Of a stretch of DNA of 64,000 nucleotides, positions 10,955 through 21,511 are shown piece after piece; position 1 is the first letter of the stretch, and every line of letters begins with the position of its first letter. Position numbers and translations under genes: made by a program. Source of the DNA: a virus; the IMG/VR virus record IMGVR_UViG_3300022891_000002, positions 64,001 through 128,000 of that record; one strand, given 5' to 3'. The notes under the pieces are model-generated. The model searched no databases. It saw nothing but the letters and a program-made list of their open reading frames with translations, and was not told the DNA's origin.

Positions 10955-11521
10955 TTAAGGTATCAATCCATTTATTCTCATTAACTGTCTCATTAAGAAC
11001 TGAGCTTTTCTATCTGTAATTCCTGCTCGACTAAGCCCAATATTAATTTCTCCTGGTGCGCCTAAAAATGTATCTCGTAAATCTCTACTATTAGTAGCAA
11101 AATCTTTAGCTTTTTGAGTAGCATCTTTAATCTCAGGCTCCATTACTCTTGCTACTCTTTTAGCTAATTCTCTTCTACTTAATTTTCTATAATCAACTCC
11201 TTCTTTAGTCATTAATTCGTCAAAGTTATCGTGAATCCTGCTTAACCTCTCAGAGTAACCTTTTGGATTAGTAGATTGTAGATTACCTGACCTAACCTCA
11301 TTTAATAAAGTTCTTATAATCTTGGGTTTAACTACACGAGCATAAATAAGTTGTTCTGTACCTCTAGACAGCCCTCTTGCAGTAACTCTAATTGCACCTC
11401 TTCTACCAGATATAGCTTGAAGTGCTTTTTCCCACTCTTCAGCTTTTACTTGAATTCCTAACTTCTCTGCTTCTGGGTCTTTAGCTACTTTGTTTATCTG
11501 TGCGATAGCATTACCCATCAA
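10955..11521 (-). CDS. Basic hypothetical protein; probably the C-terminal half of a frameshifted gene with 11644..12351
   Basis: Its frame stays open upstream to 11662, spanning the A9 run that ends the upstream ORF. Confidence 0.55.
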   Translation of the reverse strand: MMGNAIAQINKVAKDPEAEKLGIQVKAEEWEKALQAISGRRGAIRVTARGLSRGTEQLIYARVVKPKIIRTLLNEVRSGNLQSTNPKGYSERLSRIHDNFDELMTKEGVDYRKLSRRELAKRVARVMEPEIKDATQKAKDFATNSRDLRDTFLGAPGEINIGLSRAGITDRKAQFLMRQLMRINGLIP

Positions 11522-11643
11522 ACTCTTTCTTTCTGTTACTGAAGCAATAGCCAGCTCTTGTATTTTTTCTCTATCTTGAATAGCAGCTTTAGTTCTATCT
11601 ATTAGTAGAAGGTTACGTCTAGAAGGAGAAGGTACGATATCAT

Positions 11644-12351
11644 CTAGTTTTTTTTTACGGTTTCATCTGAAATAGCTTTCTCTCTCTTGAGTCTATCTTT
11701 TACTTTTCTAGTTGCTTTATCTAATTTACCTTCTGAATTATCTACTAACCTGACAATAGAGGTTCTCTCTGGAGGTCTACCTAAACTTCCTTTCTTAGCT
11801 GGAGCTAATAGGGCTTTTTCAACTTGTAATATAGTCTGCATTTCTACTGGAAGAGATTGGTATGCTTTTTGTGCGTTACTTACTTGAATCACTTTATCCT
11901 CTGCATTTCTAGTTTTTCTTTGTGGTTTTTGTAATAAACTTCTTTCTTGTGGTTTTTTAGCAGGAGTTAGTAACTTGTTTCCTTCAGACTTCTTAGTAAC
12001 TAACTGACTCTCCTTTTGTATTTTAGTTAATATAGGAGTTTCCCAAGGGTCACTTATTAAGTTTTGAGATTTCTTACCTTGAGTTAATAGTTTAGTGTCT
12101 GGAACTTTAGTAGATTTTACATTAACTACCATATCACTAGCTTTCTTACCAAATGAAGGTAACTTAAGACCTTTCTTTTTAGCTAGTAACCCTGCTCCTA
12201 CTAATAAACCTGCCCCTCCTACTGCCAAAGCTATTTTCTTACTTCTGTTCTCATCTTTCTTACGGAAGAAGTCATCTACTCGTATTACTTTAAATCCACT
12301 CTTTCCTTTACTTACTCGGTTATGTCCTTTTACTCTATTCTTTCCAAACAT
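11644..12351 (-). CDS. Lys-rich protein with one hydrophobic helix
   Basis: Basic N-terminus RVKGHNRVSKGKSGFKVIRV, then IALAVGGAGLLVGAGLLA; ends in A AAA AAC TAG. Confidence 0.6.
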   Translation of the reverse strand: MFGKNRVKGHNRVSKGKSGFKVIRVDDFFRKKDENRSKKIALAVGGAGLLVGAGLLAKKKGLKLPSFGKKASDMVVNVKSTKVPDTKLLTQGKKSQNLISDPWETPILTKIQKESQLVTKKSEGNKLLTPAKKPQERSLLQKPQRKTRNAEDKVIQVSNAQKAYQSLPVEMQTILQVEKALLAPAKKGSLGRPPERTSIVRLVDNSEGKLDKATRKVKDRLKREKAISDETVKKN

Positions 12352-12389
12352 ATAAGATACAATTAGTTAGACACTATCAGTATATCAAA

Positions 12390-12542
12390 ATGGAAGAACA
12401 ATTAATAAGTAAGATACTTGAGATATTAAAGAAAGATAAGATAACTATTAAAGGTAACGTTCTAACTATTGGAGGTAAAGAGATTAAGCTATCTAAAGGT
12501 GGAAGTCAGAAGATTACTACTAGAATTACTCAACTAAGATAG
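12390..12542 (+). CDS. 50-aa ORF resembling the N-terminus of the 18524..21499 protein (not in ORF track)
   Basis: MEEQLISKILEILKKD...SQKITTRITQLR vs MNDDQVVFKILKLLENN...AEQITERIIQLR. Confidence 0.5.
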   Translation: MEEQLISKILEILKKDKITIKGNVLTIGGKEIKLSKGGSQKITTRITQLR

Positions 12543-12550
12543 GAGATATC

Positions 12551-15055
12551 ATGGCAGTTACTTATGCAAATAGTAGAATAGTTCTTCCCAGTAGTTGTTG
12601 GTCAATTGTTCCTTCTACTGGTGGTTCCCTATCTGCTACTAATCTCTACTTCTCACTTCAGACAGAAAATAGAATAGGTAGAAACTTACAATTAGTATCC
12701 TCTTTAGTAAGTATAGCTACTAACAACAAAGTAACTATAACGATTAACTCTCAAGCCAAATTACCAACTGAGGAGATATTTAGTTATGTAATTGGGGTTT
12801 CTACTTCTTCTGTTCCAAATACGTTTAGTCAAATAGCTAAAATTCCAGTAACATCATCTACTACTTTTCCATTAGTTTTAGTTATCAGTCGAGATATATT
12901 CTTAAAAACTGGTTATATAACGTCAGATAATCCTAGCGATACTCCTTCTGCGGATTTACTTCATGGAATGCGAATTGGGTATAACGGAACTGGATTAGTT
13001 TATGAATATGACAGTTTAGATTCAACTTCAGCAGTAGATAATCAAGAAACTCTTTTAGCAAGCACTGGTAAGCGATTTAAGGCTAGAGGAGGTTTCTCCA
13101 CTTATATATCCTCAGTTTATGACGTAGACGGTTCTAGGCTCGATTTAAGAGAAGAAAATGATATCAATCCTATTCTTAATAGTTACGGGGCAGATGGAGG
13201 AGATTCTGGCTTTATTAGGCTATGGGTTGACAATGCTAGTGGAAGTGTAGCAGTTGGAACTAGAATTACTCTAACTGTTAAACTAAATGAAAACGTAAAG
13301 ACTAACTTATTTGATAGGAAGATTCGCTATATATTTGAAGGAATAGTAGATTTAAATACTTGTGTTCTTAGGAATACTTTAAGAGATGGAATTACACCTT
13401 TTGAGAAGCTAGGTATTCCATTAGTCTTTAACTCTAATAACCCTAACTTTGCGTTAGAAGAAGATTTACTAATTGGGGAAGCTTTATCTTTTAGTTTCTA
13501 TTTAAATTTTTTAGGAGCAGAACTCAATGACTTTATCCCAGAAGGTTCTATTATTTCTATTTACCCTTCTTTTGTTTCTAATATAGGTAGCTATGTAGCA
13601 GGAGGAGAGATAATAGGTGACTGTATCTTTAGTGAAGGTGGTAGACGTAGAGTATTGCCTTCTACTACTAATACAGGTCTTGAAGTGATGTCCGGTAGTG
13701 GACTAATTAAGAACTATACTTTTCCTCTATTACCTAAAACTACTATCTTAGGATTAATACCTAATACTGCTAATCAAAAAGTTTTTATCAATAACTTAGG
13801 TAACTGCTTTTTAGCTCCTACTAACCTACCTAACTCATCTGCTATTAGAGCTATTGTATCTACTACTTCTGGTCAGACCTCTGTTACTAGCTGGAGTAGT
13901 TATGTACCTATTACTCAAAATAGTAACTTTACACTTACCTTAACTTTACCTACCTTAGTCAGAAGTAATTATCCAGATGTAATTGCTAATAATTCTACTA
14001 CTTTCATTATTGGTAAATATGTAATATATGTACAAAAACAGTCTAACTCTGAGGTGAGAAGATTTGAAGTAAACTATAACAGTAATACTTCTAACAACAC
14101 TTTCTCTATCAACTTACTAGATTGGAATAGTGGAGTAGTTGTAAGTAGTGTACCTTCTACGACTAACTTAAGTAATGAGTTTAATCTATATGACTTACCT
14201 TATTTTGTTATTAGTAGTGGATTAGGAAGTGGATTTAGTATAGGTAGTTATAGATTTAGTATTGCTTATGCCTACGATGGAAATCAAGTAACGTCTATTA
14301 GTCATGATATTGCTAAAGGATGTATAGTAGAGCTTGATATGCCCTTATCTCAGGCACTTAATAATATGAAGTACCTAGGTGAGCCTTTATTTAAGGAACA
14401 ACTAACATTACTAGATACTACTTATATACCTGACGGACAAAGAAGGTCGTTAAAAGGAACTAATAATGAGTATCTAGACTTAATATTTTATAAGTATCAG
14501 ACTGGAGCAGGAGATAATGTTACTAGCTTTAAACCCGGAACTTTACCTTCTAGCTCTCCTGGTATTTGGAAAGAAAAAGAAAGTGGTCTTAATCTAGACC
14601 AAGTAAGTGCTTATGTTTACTCTACTATCTTTCCTAATATCTCTACTTTAAATTCCTATATTAAATCAGTAGACGAAAGTATGATTCCTCTTATATTAGC
14701 TTTAGGAGGTGGAGGAAACAGTAGTAATCAAGGAACATCTATTAGCAGTGGAAATACCGGAAGTAGTAGCTTATCTCCTTTAGTAGTTAGTGGTAGTTCT
14801 ATTAATCCAGATATTAATGTAGCGACTAATTATGTCTTTAATACAACTGGAACAATTAGTAATATAAATAACCCAACTAATATTATGGACGGAGGTAGAT
14901 TTAATATACAGACTAATAATACTGGAATATACAACTTTGGCAATCAGTATAAGTTAGCTGAGAATTATACCAGTGTGTTCTTAGAAGGTAGAGCAGACAT
15001 TAGAGCAGTTGACCGTGGTACACTTGTAGATATAATGATTTTTAGTACGTGGTGA
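12551..15055 (+). CDS. Tail structural protein (834 aa)
   Basis: AGGAG RBS; S/T/N/G-rich beta protein; first gene of a + strand tail cluster. Confidence 0.55.
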   Translation: MAVTYANSRIVLPSSCWSIVPSTGGSLSATNLYFSLQTENRIGRNLQLVSSLVSIATNNKVTITINSQAKLPTEEIFSYVIGVSTSSVPNTFSQIAKIPVTSSTTFPLVLVISRDIFLKTGYITSDNPSDTPSADLLHGMRIGYNGTGLVYEYDSLDSTSAVDNQETLLASTGKRFKARGGFSTYISSVYDVDGSRLDLREENDINPILNSYGADGGDSGFIRLWVDNASGSVAVGTRITLTVKLNENVKTNLFDRKIRYIFEGIVDLNTCVLRNTLRDGITPFEKLGIPLVFNSNNPNFALEEDLLIGEALSFSFYLNFLGAELNDFIPEGSIISIYPSFVSNIGSYVAGGEIIGDCIFSEGGRRRVLPSTTNTGLEVMSGSGLIKNYTFPLLPKTTILGLIPNTANQKVFINNLGNCFLAPTNLPNSSAIRAIVSTTSGQTSVTSWSSYVPITQNSNFTLTLTLPTLVRSNYPDVIANNSTTFIIGKYVIYVQKQSNSEVRRFEVNYNSNTSNNTFSINLLDWNSGVVVSSVPSTTNLSNEFNLYDLPYFVISSGLGSGFSIGSYRFSIAYAYDGNQVTSISHDIAKGCIVELDMPLSQALNNMKYLGEPLFKEQLTLLDTTYIPDGQRRSLKGTNNEYLDLIFYKYQTGAGDNVTSFKPGTLPSSSPGIWKEKESGLNLDQVSAYVYSTIFPNISTLNSYIKSVDESMIPLILALGGGGNSSNQGTSISSGNTGSSSLSPLVVSGSSINPDINVATNYVFNTTGTISNINNPTNIMDGGRFNIQTNNTGIYNFGNQYKLAENYTSVFLEGRADIRAVDRGTLVDIMIFSTW

Positions 15056-15252
15056 AAATAAATATGCAAATTGACCAACAGGAATATACTCAGAAATTAG
15101 CAGAAACTTATTATAGACAATCCATTAGTTTTTATACTGAATTAATTGACTTACAAGTTAAACTAGACTTTGCAGAAAAAAAGATACAAGAATTAAAGTC
15201 TAAGTTATTAGAACAAGAGGTAGTAGATGTCGATACGACCACTAATACTTAA
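15049..15252 (+). CDS. Small coiled-coil protein (possible fibre chaperone); likely start ATG 15064
   Basis: Heptad-like LIDLQVKLDFAEKKIQELKSKL; sits directly before the fibre gene. Confidence 0.45.
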   Translation: MVKINMQIDQQEYTQKLAETYYRQSISFYTELIDLQVKLDFAEKKIQELKSKLLEQEVVDVDTTTNT

Positions 15253-16480
15253 AGATGGAGTATACACAATACCTAGAAGCTCTACAGATACCAATAACAT
15301 TGTAGATTCATTAGGAGTAGTAGATACAAGTAGAAATCAAACTATTGGAGGTGTAAAAACTTTTAGTAGTCCTTTTGTGCTATCTTCTACTACCGGAACT
15401 TCTATAGGAACTATTTGGAGAAACGTAGATACTTTAGAATATAAAGACAGCACTAATACTACCAAGATTATTCTTAATAGTGCAGGTAATCTATCCAATC
15501 TCTCCAATAAACAAATAGCTTTAAATAACTTAGTAGGTACTCAGACTGCTAATAAAGTTCTTAGAAGTGATGGCACTAATATTACTCTTTCTTCTATTGC
15601 TTTAGATACCGATGTTACTAATGTCTTACCTATAACCAGTGGGGGAACAGGCAGTAATAGTCAAAACTTTGTAGATATAAGCACAAATCAGAACATAGCA
15701 GGAAATAAATATTTCAATAGATTAATTAATATAGGAGTTAATTCTTCATTAACTATAAGTCAGTATACTAATTCTGATATTCAAACATTTAATAGTGCTA
15801 ATGCTTTAAATATTTTAAGTGGTAGTTTTACTGCTTCTGCTAATTTAGCGGCTACGTTACCAATCTATTTAACTGATGTAGAAATTAACTCAGCTAATAC
15901 TAATACGTTAGGTCTTACAATTGGACATCAATACCGAATTAGAAATTTTGGTACTGGATTAGTTAGTAACTTACAAGGTGGTAGATTTACAGCTCTCAAT
16001 AGTGGAACAGGAAATGTAAGTGTTTTAGATGGAGGTTATTTTTTAAGTAGACAGGAAGGGACTGGTTCTACTACTACGGTAACAGGAGGTAACTTTCTAG
16101 CTCAGATTACAGTAGGAACTGCAAATGCAATCAATGGTGTATATGTAACTGTCTCTAGTTCTGCTGCCACTACTTTAACAACTGCAAGAGGGATTTATGT
16201 TACTGCTTCTTCATCTAACACTACTCCAGCTACTGACTGTATAGGAATAGATATTGCTAGTATTACGGGAACTGCAACTAACAAATATGCAATTAGAACA
16301 GGTACTGGTAGAGTGGTTATAGGAGATACTACTGCTACTACTTCTACTACTACGGGTTCCTTAGTTACAGGAGGAGGTATTGCTGCTGGAGGAGGGATTA
16401 GCGCTAATCTACCTACTTCTTCTGCGGGTCTATTAGCTGGTGCAATGTGGAGAAGTGGAAACGACGTTAAAATAGTATAA
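15227..16480 (+). CDS. Tail fibre / receptor-binding protein
   Basis: Fibre repeats QTIGGVKTFSS and QNIAGNKYF, LPITSGGTG, a G/T/S-rich beta-helix-like region, TTATTSTTTGSLVTGGGI and a C-terminal LPTSSAGL..GAMW. Confidence 0.75.
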   Translation: MSIRPLILKDGVYTIPRSSTDTNNIVDSLGVVDTSRNQTIGGVKTFSSPFVLSSTTGTSIGTIWRNVDTLEYKDSTNTTKIILNSAGNLSNLSNKQIALNNLVGTQTANKVLRSDGTNITLSSIALDTDVTNVLPITSGGTGSNSQNFVDISTNQNIAGNKYFNRLINIGVNSSLTISQYTNSDIQTFNSANALNILSGSFTASANLAATLPIYLTDVEINSANTNTLGLTIGHQYRIRNFGTGLVSNLQGGRFTALNSGTGNVSVLDGGYFLSRQEGTGSTTTVTGGNFLAQITVGTANAINGVYVTVSSSAATTLTTARGIYVTASSSNTTPATDCIGIDIASITGTATNKYAIRTGTGRVVIGDTTATTSTTTGSLVTGGGIAAGGGISANLPTSSAGLLAGAMWRSGNDVKIV

Positions 16481-16484
16481 AACA

Positions 16485-16775
16485 ATGCCAATAAATATAA
16501 CTGACCCAGAAACAAATATTACTGAATCTCATGCTTCTGAACGTTTAGAAATTAATCTATCCGTAGCTAATGAAATAGTAGAAAATATGCAAATGATTAT
16601 TTACTTTAACATTCGGACTTTACTAGAAGATGTTGAGGTAGCTCCTAAATACTGGGATGGTCAAAAACCTTTAATACTTAGCTGTAAAGACAATCCTGAA
16701 CTAACAGAAGCTATGAAAACAATTCAAAAACATATAGGTTTAGAAAGATATAAACAGCTTACAAAAGAGGGATAA
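16485..16775 (+). CDS. Hypothetical protein, tail module
   Basis: Follows the fibre gene directly. Confidence 0.5.
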   Translation: MPINITDPETNITESHASERLEINLSVANEIVENMQMIIYFNIRTLLEDVEVAPKYWDGQKPLILSCKDNPELTEAMKTIQKHIGLERYKQLTKEG

Positions 16776-17159
16776 ATGCCAACTCTATTAAAAACAGAAA
16801 CACAAACTCTCAATGTAGCACCGACTACCTTATTCCAAGCAACTCCTACAACTACCTTTATCATTGCTAAAGTTCTACTAAAAAATGAAAAATCTGAAGC
16901 TGCTAAAGTTACTGTTAAACTAAATAACTTAGAAATAGTTAAAGATTTTAATTTACCTATTTTTAATCAAGAACCTTTAGAGTTAAATTCTATTTCTAAA
17001 TTGAAACTTGAAGGCACAGATATCTTAGAAATAACTATTATTCCTAGTTCTATGTCAGGTTCAGTGGCTTTTGGTTTAATTGGTGGTTATCCTTGGTACA
17101 CAACAGTCGAACCAAATGCAGCTACAATAATAATGACTTATGTTAAACAAACTATTTAA
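16776..17159 (+). CDS. Putative small tail protein
   Basis: TTLFQATPTTTFIIAKVLLKN...KLKLEGTDIL, a beta-sandwich pattern common in virion accessory proteins. Confidence 0.45.
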   Translation: MPTLLKTETQTLNVAPTTLFQATPTTTFIIAKVLLKNEKSEAAKVTVKLNNLEIVKDFNLPIFNQEPLELNSISKLKLEGTDILEITIIPSSMSGSVAFGLIGGYPWYTTVEPNAATIIMTYVKQTI

Positions 17160-17168
17160 AAATATATT

Positions 17169-17744
17169 ATGGCTTATCAAGTAACTCAAGGTTCAGGTAC
17201 GTGGATAGCAGGAGAAACTTATGTAGATTCTGGAACTGGACTAACTTATCATGTTCCGGTTATTACTAATAAAACTCTTTCTGTTGTAGGAACAAATACG
17301 GGTGGTATAGGAACTACCGCTTATGCAGCTAATCAAGTAATGGGAACTTCTCAATTCACTTTCCCAGGAGTAGCACTTAAAGCTGGTCTTGGAGGTGTAA
17401 TTCAAAATGCTTCTCTTTACTGTGCTGTTGTATCTACAGGTCAATATATAATTAGACTATTTGATAAACCACTAACTACTTCTACTTTTACAGATAGACA
17501 AGCCTACTCATTGTTTAATATACCTGATAGTGAAGCTCAATCTTTTGTAGGAGATATTGAATTCTCTTTTCCTCTTGCTTCTGCTAATAATACTCTTTAT
17601 TCAGTAACAGGAGTAGGAATGAGTTTTACTACGGATTCTGCTGGTTCACCTAATTTATATGGAGTTCTATTATCTAGAAATGCTCATACTTTAGCTGGAG
17701 CTACTGGGCAAGATATCAGAATTAATTTAGAAATTCTCTTATAA
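17169..17744 (+). CDS. Putative virion protein
   Basis: G/T/S-rich 191-aa ORF in the tail cluster. Confidence 0.45.
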   Translation: MAYQVTQGSGTWIAGETYVDSGTGLTYHVPVITNKTLSVVGTNTGGIGTTAYAANQVMGTSQFTFPGVALKAGLGGVIQNASLYCAVVSTGQYIIRLFDKPLTTSTFTDRQAYSLFNIPDSEAQSFVGDIEFSFPLASANNTLYSVTGVGMSFTTDSAGSPNLYGVLLSRNAHTLAGATGQDIRINLEILL

Positions 17745-17747
17745 AAA

Positions 17748-18251
17748 ATGAAAATAACTACTTTATCTAAAATAACTCCTTTAGTAGAAATGTCTTCTCC
17801 TACTCTACTTCAATGTAGAACTGGAGAATGTGGCGGATGTCCCAATAATACAGGTAAATTAATTTGGGTTCCTAGAAAGAATAGTGCGGATAGTACCTTT
17901 ACTGAGACTTTTAAATTTCAATATAACTTCTTTGATAAGAGTGCAGAAGGTTCGAGTCCTGTCAAGTATAATATTACCGATGGAAACACTACTATTAATG
18001 GGACAAGTGCAAGTTATAGTAATAGACCTGACAAAGCTTGGGCAGTAGCAAATAACGCAATTATGTCAAATCCTACATTAACACCTTCTTTAATGAGTGG
18101 AACGGCTTTTCTTACTCATAGTTTTCTTTTCAATGGAGGTGGTGGTTGGTTATTTTTTAGACAACCTAATCCAGCAATTAGTAATGTTCATGATGCTTTA
18201 TGTTTTGAGTATAATCATGAAAAGAAACTAATTACCTTCCGTTCATTCTGA
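17748..18251 (+). CDS. Hypothetical protein, tail cluster
   Basis: 167 aa with CRTGECGGC. Confidence 0.45.
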   Translation: MKITTLSKITPLVEMSSPTLLQCRTGECGGCPNNTGKLIWVPRKNSADSTFTETFKFQYNFFDKSAEGSSPVKYNITDGNTTINGTSASYSNRPDKAWAVANNAIMSNPTLTPSLMSGTAFLTHSFLFNGGGGWLFFRQPNPAISNVHDALCFEYNHEKKLITFRSF

Positions 18252-18518
18252 TAAACTATCCCAAATATCTACTTTTCTTTGTAAATTTATGAGGAGTTGG
18301 ACAGGTATTCCTAGCTTATTCTCTATCTCTTTTACCCAATAATAAGTAATAGGTCTTTCTCCTTTTAGGATTTCATCTAGCTCTAAGTTATAAAGATACA
18401 AATCTCTAATATTAATTCCTCTATCTTCTAGGATATCTATTACAATAGAGCCAGGATGTAGAGGTCTTATTTTTCTTTGCATTACATTAAATACAAAATT
18501 TACAGACATATTAAACAC
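18243..18518 (-). CDS. higA: HigA/VapI-family HTH antitoxin-like protein (orphan)
   Basis: RPLHPGSIV..ILEDRGI...LDEILKGERPIT...LGIPVQLLINLQ; no HigB gene adjacent. Confidence 0.75.
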   Translation of the reverse strand: MFNMSVNFVFNVMQRKIRPLHPGSIVIDILEDRGINIRDLYLYNLELDEILKGERPITYYWVKEIENKLGIPVQLLINLQRKVDIWDSLSE

Positions 18519-18523
18519 TTCCT

Positions 18524-21499
18524 ATGAATGATGACCAAGTAGTTTTCAAAATCCTGAAGTTACTAGAAAATAATACTGCTTTTATTGGTTACGCAATAAA
18601 CGGTGGAATTGGAACAAAGATAAATGTCCGAAATACTGAAACAGGGAAAACTATTCAAGCTTTATCTATTAATGTAGATTCTAGTGGAGAAGTTTTAGTA
18701 GTTAAAGATTCTAATGATGGTAAATATAAAGCAGTTACTTTTAAATCTGCTGAACAAATTACGGAGAGAATTATACAGCTAAGAAAGACTAAGCCAATAG
18801 ATGATAAGAAAACTATCGAATACACCGACTCAGATATTGAAGTTTTTTATTTATTTGTGAAATTGATAGATACAGGTTCTCCATATCCTACTCAATTACA
18901 ATCTACTTGGATAAGAAAAGGTAGCTCTTGTACTCAGTTTGTAGGTGCTTATGAGAGATGTAATTATGCTGCTAAAGACACTATTAATGGGGTAGATTAT
19001 ACAGGATTGCCTTATGAACCTTATTTTTCACTTACAGATTGTCTTAATAATGACTTAAGTAGAGATGCCCGAACACCTCATGGTGGTAGAGATGAACAAG
19101 GTATGGGAGCGGGTACTGTAGTTTACAGCTCACGAGTTACAGCCGATGAAGAACAAAGAATAAAAGGCGCATTACTATCTCATGATGGCGAGTTCGGTAC
19201 AACTTTTGCGGATAGATTTGGTTACGCTAGTATTTTAGATTGTTCTGGGGCAATGTATATTGAGGGTTGGCAATATTCTAATAGTTTAAAAACTGGAGAA
19301 CCTTACTTACATTGTGACTTTGGTTTTTTGCCGGGTTTTTCCAATGAGTGTACCTTAGAAATGCAGATAGCAGGATATTGTGATTCAAGAGGTTATATTA
19401 ATAGTAAAACTCCTCCACCTGGAACACCTGGAGTAGGAAGTATCGATAATAGCTGGGCATACGAATATGGTTGGATAAATCTACCTTATAGTTTTATGTA
19501 TAAAAGACATTTTCAACCTCTTTATGTAGACGGAGACTTCGCCAGAGGTACTTTCTTGATTCTAGAAATTAATCCTTTAACTCAAACACCTCTCATTCCT
19601 GAAGGTTTATTTCCCTGGATTTCTGGTTGTCCACCTGTTCCTAACGGCCCGTATAATGGCAGTGGGGGTAATAGGTTTCCTCAAGGCCCACCTCCACCTA
19701 AAAGACGTGATATGAAACTATCTACTCATAAAGCCGAAATCTGGCTAGGTAGTAGTAAAAAAGAAGAAGCTATTAAATTGTATGAGTTAGGTGCTAGCGA
19801 TTTATTTTCTGGAATGTACAATGCTTTTATTCTAAGAGCTAATGAAACTCAAGTAGATATAAATAGTAGACTAGGAAGAAGCACCAGTCTTACTCAAGAA
19901 GAACAGTTACGTCATGATAAATTCTATGAAAATTGTAATAAAAATATAATTGACTTACGAATTGACCCTAGAGTCTGGGTATTTATAATAGACAACATTC
20001 CTAACTCAGATTTTGGTGTTAGACCTGCTGTAGACATTGATATTCCTGCTACAGACCCTAAAAATATCAATTTACAACAAATGATAAATAATCTATATAA
20101 CAGAACTATTAATCTGACTATTGTAGATAAAAAAACTCAAATTGTACATTTAAAACTAGGTCTAACTCCTAAAAATACGTTGAGCAATACAGATTGTAAA
20201 GGTGTATCTAATACTAGCAATCCAACTCCTGCAAACGATTTAATTTCTAGTCAAAGCTGGGAGTATCAAAAAACAGTAACAATAAAGATTACAGACTGGG
20301 AAATAGAAAGTATTAGTAATAACTTGGATACTAGCTCCCTACCTACTGAAACATGGAACAAACAATACATAGAAAAAAAATATTTTACTTCTTTTGGTAG
20401 AAGCTGGTCTACTTTTGGAACAGGATTAGGAGGTGGACTATTCAAAACAGACCGTGATTTTGCTAATGATATTCTTTTACAGTCAGATAGCAGTATATTT
20501 CTAACTAATTTAACATCAGGTAATAACTATGAACAGTACAATTACAGCCAATCTAAATCTCCTACAGAAAATAATCTAGACCTTAGACTCTTTCCAAATA
20601 GTTGTTTTCTCATAGCTAAACCTAATTCATCTGCTGACGCGAATAGGTTAGTTCTTAAGTCTACTAATAGTTGGTGGGCTTTATGGGATAGAAGCATCTT
20701 GGACAGTAAAAATAAACGTTTAAGCTCTATAGTAGGTTACGATGTCAACTATTATCAAATAATTACAAGTTACGGTTTAAGTCCTAATTTGACATATACA
20801 GGTACTAATAATATTAGACAAATAAGTAATGAAAGCTATTTTGAATATCTAACTACTCGACCTAAAAAATACGTACCTTCCAATATTAGAAGCATACGGA
20901 ATAAATTAATACCTACTGCTGATAATGACGCTGCGACTCTACTTACTAGAAATAGTATATTAAATAGTTACGGATTAAACCACTTTTATGTCTATGTAAA
21001 TAATAATTGGTCTAAATACGCAACTAACAGATTAGATGGAATATCTCTCCCTTTTATTGGAGAATCTTCTCTTTTTTACTCTTTAGGCACTTACTACGAC
21101 ACTAGAGAAAATCTATTATTAGCAGATAAGTTCTTCTCTTCTCCGTCTGAAAGAATAAGCACTCGTCAATGGTTTAACAGATTATGGGGACAATTTATTT
21201 TTGATGGTTCTATTAAAGTAGATGTGGATTCTTATAAAAAAGTTGAATTTCAACATCCAAACAATCCTGCACAATACATAAAATATACTGTCTCGTCTCA
21301 AAACAGTAATAGTGAGTATAATTTTATACTAGGTACTCCTCAACAAGAATTAGAAACCGTTCTTACACCTGGAGTTCTAGACGTAACAAAACAAGTTCCC
21401 ATCAAAAAACCTACTAATGTAGAACTAGACCCAAACATGAGCTTCCTCGTATACCTGTATCCGTTCGTGGAAGTTAAGAAAAAGACTAAGGAAATCTAG
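18524..21499 (+). CDS. Large putative virion/tail protein (991 aa)
   Basis: Long + strand ORF ending the tail cluster; Cys/Gly/Pro-rich central region. Confidence 0.5.
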   Translation: MNDDQVVFKILKLLENNTAFIGYAINGGIGTKINVRNTETGKTIQALSINVDSSGEVLVVKDSNDGKYKAVTFKSAEQITERIIQLRKTKPIDDKKTIEYTDSDIEVFYLFVKLIDTGSPYPTQLQSTWIRKGSSCTQFVGAYERCNYAAKDTINGVDYTGLPYEPYFSLTDCLNNDLSRDARTPHGGRDEQGMGAGTVVYSSRVTADEEQRIKGALLSHDGEFGTTFADRFGYASILDCSGAMYIEGWQYSNSLKTGEPYLHCDFGFLPGFSNECTLEMQIAGYCDSRGYINSKTPPPGTPGVGSIDNSWAYEYGWINLPYSFMYKRHFQPLYVDGDFARGTFLILEINPLTQTPLIPEGLFPWISGCPPVPNGPYNGSGGNRFPQGPPPPKRRDMKLSTHKAEIWLGSSKKEEAIKLYELGASDLFSGMYNAFILRANETQVDINSRLGRSTSLTQEEQLRHDKFYENCNKNIIDLRIDPRVWVFIIDNIPNSDFGVRPAVDIDIPATDPKNINLQQMINNLYNRTINLTIVDKKTQIVHLKLGLTPKNTLSNTDCKGVSNTSNPTPANDLISSQSWEYQKTVTIKITDWEIESISNNLDTSSLPTETWNKQYIEKKYFTSFGRSWSTFGTGLGGGLFKTDRDFANDILLQSDSSIFLTNLTSGNNYEQYNYSQSKSPTENNLDLRLFPNSCFLIAKPNSSADANRLVLKSTNSWWALWDRSILDSKNKRLSSIVGYDVNYYQIITSYGLSPNLTYTGTNNIRQISNESYFEYLTTRPKKYVPSNIRSIRNKLIPTADNDAATLLTRNSILNSYGLNHFYVYVNNNWSKYATNRLDGISLPFIGESSLFYSLGTYYDTRENLLLADKFFSSPSERISTRQWFNRLWGQFIFDGSIKVDVDSYKKVEFQHPNNPAQYIKYTVSSQNSNSEYNFILGTPQQELETVLTPGVLDVTKQVPIKKPTNVELDPNMSFLVYLYPFVEVKKKTKEI

Positions 21500-21511
21500 T
21501 CTCAAGTATAA

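Noticed and set aside
15227-21499. Diversity-generating retroelement or invertible tail-fibre cassette
   Set aside because: No reverse transcriptase, invertase or duplicated template/variable repeat is visible in the window.
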